From Macrostomum lignano (lineage: Eukaryota): a stretch of DNA of 64,000 bases. Below are positions 39,890-52,712 of this stretch, in pieces (the first letter of the stretch is position 1; each line of letters begins with the position of its first letter). The stretch covers positions 666,755-730,754 of the forward strand of contig NIVC01000129.1 in NCBI GenBank assembly GCA_002269645.1, in the 5' to 3' direction. The position numbers and the translations under genes are program-made. The notes below the pieces were generated by a model that worked only from the letters and a program-made list of their open reading frames with translations, was not told the DNA's origin and did not search any database.

Positions 39890-40898
39890 TGAAGAGTTGA
39901 TTCGGGAGGTGATCAGTCTCCCGAAAACTCCCACTTCCAGACACTTAAGTCTGGGAACAAAATAAAGTGATCACTTACTGTTGCGGGCTCCTCTTCCGTG
40001 TAGTGCAGGTTCTCCGAGCTCGTTTCTTCAATTCTTCTTCTTCTTCTTCTTCTTCTTCTCCTCAGAAGGAATCTTCTTGAAGTCTCGAATCGGCCGAATG
40101 AGAGCGTGACAATCCAATCAGGCGACGTCGCAGTATTTCTCGAATGCAAATCAATATAGGCCTTAAGCTCAGTAATCAATATCAACGATGCGCCCTTGTA
40201 ATAAAATCAACTTTCTGTAATAATCACGAGGACCTCCAAGAAGGGCGTCTTCTTCTAGATCTAACGGAATCGGAGTCGTGTGCTCCTATCGGTTAATCTA
40301 GGATAACCAAAATCAATCAATCGTACCTCTAAGGGTATCGGAATCGGTCCGCAGATCCTATCCAATCCCTTAGGAAAATGGGAGGCCTCAAATTCAATGA
40401 AATCAGTCAAATCGACTGGACAGTAACGGCCGGCAATAAATCGCTCTCAAAATCAATAACAAACGCTCTAACCAGAGCTTACCGAACGGTAGGTATTTCC
40501 TCAGAGATATAGCCTCGCTTAGCTGCTCCAGCAAGCTTCAAGATCTTCAGAGGCTGCTCCGAGTCCCAAGATCTTTTGAGGCTGCTCCGAGTCTGAGATA
40601 TTTAGCTCGGATTTTGGCTTGTATTTATAGGAAAACTTCTTGAAAAACAGATTATTTTTAGTAGGTGACAGTTTTGCGCTTTGGAAATTTGACCCCTATG
40701 GAATACATTAGCTTTGAGCGCCGATACCATATTGGGAGTTCTAAATTTAAATGTTGCAAAAGATGGTCACTTGTTGTTTTAGTGGTCTTTAAAAATAGAG
40801 TATGACAATTTGCAATTTTTGCAACATTCGAGTTTTTCGCATCTTCATGTTGCTACTTATAGTAGTCTACTTTGGATCTTTATTTGGAGATCTCTACA
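39890..40898. mobile_element. Solo LTR (1009 bp) inserted in a 22-bp satellite
   Basis: Termini TGAAGAG...CTCTACA (TG..CA, 6/7 inverted), 4-bp TSD CTGA at 39886-39889 and 40899-40902, TATAAATA on the minus strand near 40622-40629, and no coding capacity. Confidence 0.75.
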
Positions 40899-42362
40899 CT
40901 GAGTCTAGTTGCTGAGTTTGCTGAGTCTAGTGGCTGAGTTTGCTGAGTCTAGTTGCTGAGTTTGCTGAGTCTAGTTGCTGAGTTTGCTGAGTCTAGTTGC
41001 TGAGTTTGCTGAGTCTAGTTGCTGAGTTTGCTGAGTCTAGTTGCTGAGTTTGCTGAGTCTAGTTGCTGAGTTTGCTGAGTCTAGTTGCTGAGTTTGCTGA
41101 GTCTAGTTGCTGAGTTTGCTGAGTCTAGTTGCTGAGTTTGCTGAGTCTAGTTGCTGAGTTTGCTGAGTCTAGTTGCTGAGTTTGCTGAGTCTAGTTGCTG
41201 AGTTTGCTGAGTCTAGTTGCTGAGTTTGCTGAGTCTAGTTTCTGAGTTTGCTGAGTCTAGTTGCTTGCTGAGTCTAGTTGCTTGCTGAGTCTAGTTGCTG
41301 AGTTTGCTGAGTCTAGTTGCTGAGTTTATTGAGTCTAGTTGCTGAGTTTGCTGAGTCTAGTTTCTGAGTTTGCTGAGTCTAGTTGCTGAGTTTGCTGAGT
41401 CTAGTTGCTGAGTTTGCTGAGTCTAGTTGCTGAGTTTGCTGAGTCTAGTTGCTGAGTTTGCTGAGTCTAGTTGCTGAGTTTGCTGAGTCTAGTTGCTGAG
41501 TTTGCTGAGTCTAGTTGCTGAGTTTGCTGAGTCTAGTTGCTGAGTTTGCTGAGTCTAGTTGCTGAGTTTGCTGAGTCTAGTTGCTGAGTTTGCTGAGTCT
41601 AGTTGCTGAGTTTGCTGAGTCTAGTTTCTGAGTTTGCTGAGTCTAGTTGCTGAGTTTGCTGAGTCTAGTTGCTGAGTTTGTTGAGTCTAGTTGCTGAGTT
41701 TGCTGAGTCTAGTTTCTGAGTTTGCTGAGTCTAGTTGCTGAGTTTGCTGAGTCTAGTTGCTGAGTTTGCTGAGTCTAGTTGCTGAGTTTGCTGAGTCTAG
41801 TTTCTGAGTTTGCTGAGTCTAGTTGCTGAGTTTGCTGAGTCTAGTTGCTGAGTTTGTTGAGTCTAGTTGCTGAGTTTGCTGAGTCTAGTTGCTGAGTTTG
41901 CTGAGTCTAGTTGCTGAGTTTGCTGAGTCTAGTTGCTGAGTTTGTTGAGTCTAGTTGCTGAGTTTGCTGAGTCTAGTTGCTGAGTTTGCTGAGTCTAGTT
42001 GCTGAGTTTGCTGAGTCTAGTTGCTGAGTTTGTTGAGTCTAGTTGCTGAGTTTGCTGAGTCTAGTTGCTGAGTTTGCTGAGTCTAGTTGCTGAGTTTGCT
42101 GAGTCTAGTTGCTGAGTTTGCTGAGTCTAGTTGCTGAGTTTGCTGAGTCTAGTTGCTGAGTTTGCTGAGTCTAGTTGCTGAGTTTGCTGAGTCTAGTTTC
42201 TGAGTTTGCTGAGTCTAGTTGCTGAGTTTGCTGAGTCTAGTTGCTGAGTTTGTTGAGTCTAGTTGCTGAGTTTGCTGAGTCTAGTTGCTGAGTTTGCTGA
42301 GTCTAGTTGCTGAGTTTGCTGAGTCTAGTTGCTGAGTTTGCTGAGTCTAGTTTCTTGCTGAG
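40899..42362 (+). repeat. 22-bp satellite (CTGAGTCTAGTTGCTGAGTTTG), about 66 copies; about 2 further units at 39845-39889
   Basis: Direct periodicity. Confidence 0.98.
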
Positions 42363-42659
42363 TCCGTTTAACATCCGTGAGGGCCAACCCTAAAGTCACC
42401 GAGAATGCAAATGCATGCCTAGCGATTAGAAACTAATGACCGATGTAGAAGCATATCCCCGAGACCGAGTTTAGTGGAGAACAGCAGTCATTGAGTATGT
42501 GACAAAGCTTGCCAATGATGAGGTAACCCCAGCCGAAGAGCAACCATTGGCACCCAACATAATGTTCCGGTTTCTTCCTCTCTGCATCAAGGTTGCAGCA
42601 ATCGATAAAACAGCTGTCTGCATCCTCGTGTGTTTCTACTCATCTCAGATATTCATCTC

Positions 42660-43418
42660 AGGCATCTCAGAAATCCCTCCATGAGACTTGGCATCTCAGC
42701 AATCCCTCCATGAGACTTGGCATCTCAGCAATCCCTCCATGAGACTTGGCATCTCAGCAATCCCTCCATGAGACTTGGCATCTCAGCAATCCCTCCATGA
42801 GACTTGGCATCTCAGCAATCCCTCCATGAGACTTGGCATCTCAGCAATCCCTCCATGAGACTTGGCATCTCAGCAATCCCTCCATGAGACTTGGCATCTC
42901 AGCAATCCCTCCATGAGACTTGGCATCTCAGCAATCCCCAATCCATGAGACTTGGCATCTCAGCAATCCCTCCATGAGCCTTGGAATCTCAGAAATCCCT
43001 CCATGAGACTTGGCATCTCAGCAATCCCTCCATGAGACTTGGCATCTCAGCAATCCCTCCATGAGACTTGGCATCTCAGCAATCCCTCCATGAGACTTGG
43101 CATCTCAGCAATCCCTCCATGAGACTTGGCATCTCAGCAATCCCTCCATGAGACTTGGCATCTCAGCAATCCCTCCATGAGACTTGGAATCTCAGAAATC
43201 CCTCCATGAGACTTGGCATCTCAGCAATCCCCAATCCATGAGACTTGGCATCTCAGCAATCCCTCCATGAGACTTGGCATCTCAGTAATCCCTCCATGAG
43301 ACTTGGCATCTCAGCAATCCCTCCATGAGACTTGGCATCTCAGCAATCCCTCCATGAGACTTGGCATCTCAGCAATCCCCGATCCATGAGACTTGGCATG
43401 TCAGAAATCCCTCCATGA
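42660..43418 (+). repeat. 29-bp minisatellite (CATCTCAGCAATCCCTCCATGAGACTTGG), about 26 copies
   Basis: Direct periodicity. Confidence 0.97.
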
Positions 43419-43763
43419 GCGTCATGTGCATACACTGGCATAAACAAGATTATAAAACTGGCAGCTGACTAAAGGCATAGTTATGCTGTCTAAGAACATT
43501 AGCATTGTCCTCGTGCGCAGCTCGATGCGGAAGTAATTAAAACAGATCCATTAGGAAATGTATGCAGCAAATGTCGTTTGCTCCCGTTTAATCCGCCCTC
43601 GCAGGCATGAAAAAATTGAGCCACGACTGTCACGGTCTCCTAAGAAGACAAAAGGCATTTTATATTGCAATTAGCTAAAAATTAAAAAAAAAATTAATTG
43701 TTGTGCTATTCACGTCATTGAAGGCCAGCCTTCTACGCACTGAGAATGTTCAAGCCTGATGAT

Positions 43764-43993
43764 CTGGTGCGTCGCTACCGGGAGGAACAGGGGGGATATG
43801 CCCCCCCCCAGTAAAAGCTTTGTCCCCCACCCCCCCCCTCAGGGTGCCAGGGTGCCAAAATATATCGCCTACGGCGCCAAAATGAGAGCTGACAACACGA
43901 TTCTCAAAATTATTTACATGTAGCAATTTACTCATGTACATGTTTAATTCTTGGCTTCGTCCCGCCATCATTAAATCCATGGCGACGACCCTG
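43764..43993. mobile_element. hAT-superfamily MITE, 230 bp
   Basis: Perfect 8-bp TSD CTGATGAT at 43756-43763 and 43994-44001; imperfect TIR CTGGTGCGTCGC...GCGACGACCCTG. Confidence 0.8.
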
Positions 43994-44009
43994 CTGATGA
44001 TTAAAAAAG

Positions 44010-45155
44010 CAGGCACAACAGACACAACAGCACAGACACAACAGCACAGACACAACAGCACAGACACAACAGCACGGACACAACAGCACAGACACAACAG
44101 CACAGACACAACAGCACAGACACAACAGCACAGACACAACAGCAGATACAACAGCACAGATACAACAGCACAGACACAACAGCACAGACACAACAGCAGA
44201 TACAACAGCACAGATCCAACAGCAGACACAACAGCACAGACACAACAGCACGGACACAACAGCACAGACACAACAGCAGACACAACAGCAGACACAACAG
44301 CACAGACACAACAGCACAGACACAACAGCACAGACACAACTGCACAGACACAAGAGCAAAGAGACAACAGCACAGATACAACAGCACAGACACAACAGCA
44401 GACACAACAGCACAGACACAACAGCACGGACACAACAGCACAGACACAACAGCAGACACAACAGCAGACACAACAGCAGACACAACAGCACAGACACAAC
44501 AGCACAGACACAACAGCACGGACACAACAGCACAGACACAACAGCACAGACACAACAGCACAGACACAACAGCAGATACAACAGCACAGATCCAACAGCA
44601 GACACAACAGCACAGACACAACAGCACGGACACAACAGCACAGACACAACAGCAGACACAACAGCAGACACAACAGCACAGACACAACAGCACAGACACA
44701 ACAGCACAGACACAACTGCACAGACACAAGAGCAAAGAGACAACAGCACAGATACAACAGCACAGACACAACAGCAGACACAACAGCACAGACACAACAG
44801 CACGGACACAACAGCACAGACACAACAGCAGACACAACAGCAGACACAACAGCAGACACAACAGCACAGACACAACAGCACAGACACAACAGCACGGACA
44901 CAACAGCACAGACACAACAGCAGACACAACAGCAGACACAACAGCAGACACAACAGCAGACACAACAGCACAGACACAACAGCACAGACACAACAGCACG
45001 GACACAACAGCACAGACACAACAGCAGACACAACAGCAGACACAACAGCAGACACAACAGCACAGACACAACAGCACAGACACAACAGCACGGACACAAC
45101 AGCACAGACACAACAGCAGACACAACAGCAGACACAACAGCAGACACAACAGCAT
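44010..45155 (+). repeat. Compound 12/14-bp satellite (CAGACACAACAG / CACAGACACAACAG) with larger duplicated blocks
   Basis: Direct periodicity. Confidence 0.97.
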
Positions 45156-45845
45156 CCAACATATGCGCATATGCGTAGCTGCAAACCAATACGAAAGGAA
45201 GAAAACACATGAATAAATATTTTTGGCAGTTGGAGTTAAATAATTAAATGTATATATATATATATATATATATATTATATTATAGATATATGAACTTTAA
45301 ATATTAATAATAATGTTAAGTATTTTGACAAGATATAATCAAAAAGGATTTTCAGCTACTATAGTAAATGTACAATGCCAACAACATCTAAAAATAGACT
45401 TACGATCGGTGAGTCATATACTCAAATTTAAGATGTAATCCCGTTTCTTTATTCTTTAGAATATATATAGTCTCAATTATCGGTAGCTGAATAATATAAC
45501 AATTAGCTGCTTTGTTATACTAAGCGAATTTTCAATTAGCTACAGTACGTATTCAAAATTAGCAAACAATTCTGAATAAAATCAAATATCATAATACCCA
45601 GTGAATTACCTTATGGAAGCAGTTCAAAATAGTTTAGTTTAACCAGCGAATCTTGAATATGCAAACACGTCATGACGTCATGGTATAAATAAATGTATGA
45701 ATTGGATAATAGGGGGTTCTTAGACTGGTTCGAAAATAAGTAAAATTTTATTAGCATCAAAATTTTGCCCACTTTTTTTAGAAAAGTTAAAAAATCTTAC
45801 AACTTGTACGAGTCCTATTTTTTTTCGCTTAAATGTGGTCGACGA

Positions 45846-46952
45846 GGTCTAATCTCCCAATAGATGTTTTTGGGGTCTAATCTCCCAATAGATTTTGTTG
45901 GGGTCTAATCTCCCAATAGATGTTGTTGGGGTCTAATCTTCCAATAGATGTTGTTGGGGTCTAATCTCCCAATAGATGTTGTTGGGGTCTAATCTTCCAA
46001 TAGATGTTGTTGGGGTCTAATCTCCCAATAGATGTTGTTGGGGTCTAATCTCACAAAAGATGTTGTTGGGGTCTAATCTCCCAATAGATGTTGTTGGGGT
46101 CTAATCTCACAAAAGATGTTGTTGGGGTCTAATCTCCCAATAGATGTTGTTGGGGTCTAATCTCCCAATAGATGTTGTTGGAGCCTAATCTCGCAATAGA
46201 TGTCGATGGTTCTAATCTCCTAGTAGATGTCGATGGGTCTAATCTCCTAGTAGATGTCGATGGGGTCTAATCTCGCAATAGATGTCGATGGGGTCTAATC
46301 TCCCAATAGATGTCGATGGGTCGAATCTCCTAGTAGATGTCGATGGGTCGAATCTCCTAGTAGATGTCGATGGGTCTAATCTCCTAATAGATTTCGATGG
46401 GTCGAATCTCCTAATAGATGTCGATGAGTCTAATCTCCTAATAGATGTCGATGGGTCTAATCTCCCAATAGATGTCGATGGGGTCTAATCTCCCAATAGA
46501 TGTCGATGGGTCTAATCTCCCAATAGATGTCGATGGGTCTAATCTCCTAGTAGATGTCGATCGGTCTAATCTCCTAATAGATGTCGATTTGTCTAATCTC
46601 CTAGTAGATGTCGATCGGTCTAATCTCCTAATAGATGTCGATTTGTCTAATCTCCTAATAGATGTCGATTTGTCTAATCTCCTAGTAGATGTCGATCGGT
46701 CTAATCTCCTAATAGATGTCGATTTGTCTAATCTCCTAATAGATGTCGATTTGTCTAATCTCCTAGTAGATGTCGATCGGTCTAATCTCCTAATAGATGT
46801 CGATTTGTCTAATCTCCTAATAGATGTCGATTTGTCTAATCTCCTAGTAGATGTCGATCGGTCTAATCTCCTAATAGATGTCGATTTGTCTAATCTCCTA
46901 ATAGATGTCGATTTGTCTAATCTCCTAGTAGATGTCGATGGGGTCTAATCTC
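45846..46952 (+). repeat. 27/28-bp minisatellite (GTCTAATCTCC[C/T]A[A/G]TAGATG...) with positional sequence drift and an 81-bp higher-order unit
   Basis: Direct periodicity; lies immediately 3' of the Rab stop codon. Confidence 0.96.
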
Positions 46953-46975
46953 CCTTTACGGTTATCTCCCTCGGC

Positions 46976-49009
46976 TCAGCCGCAGCCGCAGGCCCTGTTG
47001 GCCGGGTCAGCGCTGTCCGCCCTCCGGAACAGCCGCAGCGGCTTCTCCAACTGTTGCTGAGAGGCCCCGGCCATCTGCTGAGCTGTCTGATTGCGCCTGA
47101 TCACAGCCAGCGCGAGATCCGTGAACGCTTTCTGCACATTGACAACGTCCAGAGCGGAGGTTTCGGTGTAGGTGAATCCCAGCTGGTTGGCGTAGCGCTG
47201 CGCGTCTTGGTGGGACACATGGCGCTGTTCGGACAAATCCGACTTGTTGCCGATGATGCCGCAGTCGAATTGGCTGCTCTGGCCGACGTTTTGACGAACC
47301 TGGGAGAGATTTGGTAGCTAGGGCTGTTTGCTGAGGCAATCAAAGTAAAAAATCAAAGATTTCAATGTTAGGCTTACGCGTGTGCATCTAAATTACACGA
47401 AACTTCGTCTCTCCTCTCTTTGAATTTTTCTCTACACCTGCGTTTCAGTCTAGCGCTTAGATCGTCGGACTCACGACTGAAATGTCGGAGGTTCGATTTC
47501 CCATTCCACTTAAGCGTTAATTTATGTCCTTGAGCAAGACACTCAACTCTGCCTTGCTTCAGCTTACCCAGCTGTAAAATGGATGCCACATTAGCTGGGG
47601 TAATTAGTATTGTCTACACCTGAATGAACAGCTGCATCAGGTCAAAAAAACACAAGAGAACTCTGTCTCACCCTTTCGAGCCAACGCGGCAAACTGTTGA
47701 AAGAATCTAGGTCATTTACAGAGAATACCAGCAGCACACCGTCTGAATTGCGATAGAAGCTGGCGGTCAAGTTCGAGTCGTGGAAGCGCTCCTGTTCGTG
47801 TAAAATGGCAAAATACTTACTTGTAAGTGACTACCTAACACTGACTACAGACCGCTCTCAGACACTACCGAACACTGATTACATACCGCTCTCAGACACT
47901 ACCGAACACTGACTACAGACCGCTCTCAGACACTACCGAACACTGACTACAGACCGCTCTCAGACACTACCGAACACTGACTACAGACCGCTCTCAGACA
48001 CTACCGAACACTGATTACATACCGCTCTCAGACACTACCGAACACTGACTACAGACCGCTCTCAGACACTACCGAACACTGATTACATACCGCTCTCAGA
48101 CACTACCGAACACTGACTACAGACCGCTCTCAGACACTACCGAACACTGACTACAGACCGCTCTCAGACACTACCGAACACTGACTACAGACCGCTCTCA
48201 GACACTACCGAACACTGACTACAGACCGCTTTCAGACACTACCGAACACTACAGACCGCTCTCAGACACTACCGAACACTGACTACAGACCGCTCTCAGA
48301 CACTACCGAACACTGACTACAGACCGCTCTCAGACACTACCGAACACTGATTACAGACCGCTCTCAGACACTACCGAACACTGACTACAGACCGCTCTCA
48401 GACACTACCGAACACTGACTACAGACCGCTCTCAGACACTACCGAACACTGACTACAGACCGCTCTCAGACACTACCGAACACTGATTACAGACCGCTCT
48501 CAGACACTACCGAACACTGACTACAGACCGCTCTCAGACACTACCGAACACTGACTACAGACCGCTCTCAGACACTACCGAACACTGATTGCAGAGGCCG
48601 CTCTCAGCGAATACAGCTGTCACAGTACAGAAAAGCACACCCAAAAAAGTGCTTATTCGATGCTATCTCTCACCATCCCTCCGGTGTCCCAGATTCGAAT
48701 GTGAACCGCCCTGCCAGAAAGTGGAACCAGGCAGTGATAAAAGTCGCATAGCATTGTGACCTGAGTAGTCCGTATGTCCGCTTTGTCGTCCACAAATTTA
48801 TGGATAAGGCTGGTTTTGCCAACTGATGAGTTACCGACTAAAATAATTTTTATCTTCAATTCGGCGGACACCTCCAGCCTCTTGGTGATGAGGCTCAATT
48901 CGCGTCGTTTCTTGTTGCACAAATCTTTCTCTTGACGAGTCAGTTGTTGCTTCTTCTGCTGCTGTTGCTGCTGCTGCTGGCCATCTACGTTCTTACCTGC
49001 TTCTGTCAT
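46976..49009 (-). CDS. Divergent Rab-family small GTPase; exons 49009-48674, 47791-47672, 47299-46976; 259 aa
   Basis: G1 GNSSVGKT, G3 IWDTGGMERF, RabF-like SFYRNSDGVLLVFSV, G4 GNKSD, G5 ETSAL and C-terminal CGCG*. Both introns are phase 0 GT-AG. Confidence 0.88.
47440..47610 (+). mobile_element. tRNA-derived CORE-type SINE in Rab intron 2
   Basis: CTTAGATCGTCGGACTCACGAC...GGAGGTTCGATTTCC head, followed by TCCTTGAGCAAGACACTCAAC...CAGCTGTAAAATGG, which resembles the MIR/CORE domain. Confidence 0.8.
47838..48592 (+). repeat. 34-bp minisatellite (ACCGCTCTCAGACACTACCGAACACTGACTACAG), about 22 copies
   Basis: Direct periodicity; fills Rab intron 1. Confidence 0.97.
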
Positions 49010-49064
49010 TGCTTCGAGTATTGAAACTGTGTGTGCCTGCGGCTCGTCGCTCGTCGGATGGACT

Positions 49065-49353
49065 AATGGTCTTCATACAGAAAAACTGGGAAGGGTTCCA
49101 ACGATCCCCCGTCTGCTTTAGGGGATGCATGGGAGAGGAATAGTGCCAGAAGAAGTTCGATGGGACTGGGATCGAGTTTTATTATAGCTGTCGTGTACTT
49201 GGGCGACGAACTGGATAGGCGTACGGGGAGGTGGGTAAGGGGCATTCCCCGGCCATGTGCAGTGCCTGCAGCTGTACACTCAGCTTGCAAGTTCCCCCCT
49301 CCGTTTGCTCGGCTTCCTGTTCTTCTCTGACTAGTGCCTGTGCTAAGAGTGAG
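49065..49353 (+). mobile_element. 3' end of a LINE (5' boundary approximate) followed by (TATC)n
   Basis: 49252-49353 is identical to 51261-51362, and both copies run directly into (TATC)n. Confidence 0.6.
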
Positions 49354-49656
<303 letters not shown>

Positions 49657-49678
49657 TTTCTCGCTATCTACTATCTAT

Positions 49679-51362
49679 TGCCAGGACCTGCACCGGAGCG
49701 GTTACGAAAATTAGATTTCTCGGTAGTTGCACGCACTCTTTTGCACTACTTCAGTAGTGCGATTTTCGTACGGCATGGCTGGTTCCAGCGTTACAATTTA
49801 GGTGTAATATTCGAATTTTATCCATTTACAGGGACCGAGCTTCTGGTTGGGCTGCAGGATTTACAGAGTATCTGCAGCCTATCATGAATATACTATCATG
49901 AACAAAATCACAGAGATTAGAGACTACCTTAATAAAGCGCAGATAGACATAGCCCTGCTCTCTGAAACCACGTTGACCATTGACTCGAGATTTTATATGC
50001 CGGGTTTTTCTGTGGTCCGACTTGACATGCCTGACTGCAGAAGGGGGTTGGTTGCTGCTTATAAACCCCACATCAAAGTAGTTAATGCCACCACAGAATT
50101 TGATGGGATGAATCATGAATCTATAACCCTAGAAATTACTTCAGAGACAATCAAAGGGGGAAATCTCTTCCTTTCAATAATATACAGAGCCCCAGCGCCT
50201 GACATACTTAACACTGCGCTCATTGACAAACTTCTCGCACCTAAATATAGCCTCCTGCTGGGGGACCTCAATTGTAAACATCCCTTCCTTGGTGGAGACT
50301 CCCCGCGGAACTATCCAGGGGTCAAGCTCTTCCAGTGGTTACAGGATCACCCCAACCCACCACGTCTTCTCAATAACTACGGAGATTGGACCCGAATTGA
50401 GCAAAGACAGGGCAGAAACATCAACAATGTCTTAGACTTCGGTTTCTGCTCCCCTGCCCTAAGTCAGCTAATTGAGAACTTTGAGGTGGGACCAGATCTA
50501 GACAGTGACCATCTCCCCTTAGAAGTTAGCATTGCCGCCAAACCCGAAACCAAGCAAGGCCCCTCAAAAAGTTTCGGAAAAACAAACTGGGAAACCTTTA
50601 GACAAAACCTCTCGGACAGAATTCTGAACAACGACCTCCAAAGGGCTAGTTTAAACACCCCAGCAGAAGTTGACAAAGTAGTTGATGACTTCTCTAAATC
50701 CATCACTGAAACCATCAGGGAGGTGGTACCCGATAGAGACACTAGAGAGATCCTCCCAGAAAATATCCTTAAATTAATTAGGCACAGAAGGGAGCTCCGC
50801 AAACTCTATAAACAAACCAAGCTGGATGCCATGAGGGTCCAAGCCAATCAAATAGCAAAACAAGTCAGGCAGGCCATAAAGCAGCACCGATACTCCAAAT
50901 TTGTAAATCTCTGCGAAAAAATCACCGATAAACATCCCACAAAAAATGCAACAGATTTCTGGAAAGATGTAAGGATCCTGACAGGACAAACTAAGCAAAC
51001 CCGGATCCCCGTTATCAACCATGAGGGGATTACCGCTAGGCTTGATTCCGAAAAAGCAACCCTCTTTTCTAAATTCCTGGACTCCAGAATGCAACCCACT
51101 CCATCCACTAATGCGGCCTTCCAAGAGGAAGTTTCCCAGGTAGTCCTGGACCCCATCTTCTCGCCACACCCGGACTTAAATACAGCAACTCAATACCTCC
51201 TAGATCACGGTGCCCAGGAGGGTATCGATGACCCAATCACACCCATGTGCAGTGCCATGAGCCATGTGCAGTGCCTGCAGCTGTACACTCAGCTTGCAAG
51301 TTCCCCCCTCCGTTTGCTCGGCTTCCTGTTCTTCTCTGACTAGTGCCTGTGCTAAGAGTGAG
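49679..51362 (+). mobile_element. Internally deleted LINE: APE endonuclease plus linker joined directly to the 3' end; RT missing
   Basis: APE motifs DIALLSET, IIYRAP, LLGDLNCKH, VLDFGF and DLDSDHLP, plus linker KTNWETFRQNL. The ORF breaks at a junction with duplicated CCATGTGCAGTGCC (51243-51256 and 51262-51275). (TATC)n flanks both sides. Confidence 0.82.
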
Positions 51363-51788
<426 letters not shown>

Positions 51789-52712
51789 TTTTGGTTGGTT
51801 GCTCTAGTTGGAGGACCTTGAAAGTAGGAAGGGGCCGGTTGGCATTTCGGTGAAACTTACTTTGAATTTGACAATTGCCTATAATTATCTGCATGTGCGT
51901 AAGAGCTACTGGTTTTTATATTAAAAAGTTTTGATTTTTATATGTAGAGATTTGCCCTTTTTATTTTACAGCTCAATTCAGCTGCATCCTCGATTTCACA
52001 AGAGCCTATTCAGCATGTGCAGCAGCTGTTATAAAATAAAGAAATCTAGGTCTGCGATACTCTCCAAAACTAAGGACAGCAGCTGATTCAATTTGTCGAG
52101 CGTTCTCAATTGTATTTCTTTAAACTGTTTGCGGAAAAAAATTGTCGTTGAATGGAGAATCACTTGACCCCTAATGGAAATGGTTTAAAAGCTTTTTTAC
52201 TTTTGAAATTAAGAGAAAGATTGATTTACAGATTCTTACACTTGATGAGGACGCACTTTTTCCCAAACCCCGCGCTAGCACATGGGCTCTAAACTTACTA
52301 GCCTACAGTGGGCAATGGGCATTTTTATCCTTTTTCTGCAAATTGTCATAGAATCTATACTAGATATAATGTTTGGTCATACTAGTAGTCATAATAACAT
52401 AGGCATTGCTTTTTGGGTCATAAATCATCGCTTTCGAAGCTGGTCTGACAGCCACCTGCGCCAGATGGTCGGGCGGGCGCCAGATGGTCTGAGAGGATGC
52501 GGGCGGTAGCTTTTTTCTCATCATTTTGACAGGCCATCAAGATTTATGAGGTCAGAGCCTATTGTTCGTGTTCACTCAAGCGTGTGACAGCTTTTACAGC
52601 TATGCGTTTTATCCCTAAAAGTACTTTGGGATTAGCGATTAGCAATTTCTCTTCATTATCTTCACTTTCTATTTAATAAGAGCTTTCTAATGTATATCTT
52701 TTCATTAATTTC

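Noticed and set aside
47440-47520. Functional tRNA genes (also 18360-18425 and 54770-54835)
   Set aside because: There is no complete acceptor stem, and each head runs into a shared SINE body.
40899-48592. CRISPR-like appearance of regular 22-36-bp repeats
   Set aside because: The units are contiguous with no unique spacers, there are no cas genes, and the context is eukaryotic.
48820-48850. CTGATGAG hammerhead core
   Set aside because: It is the antisense of the Rab P-loop codons, with no GAAA partner or stems.
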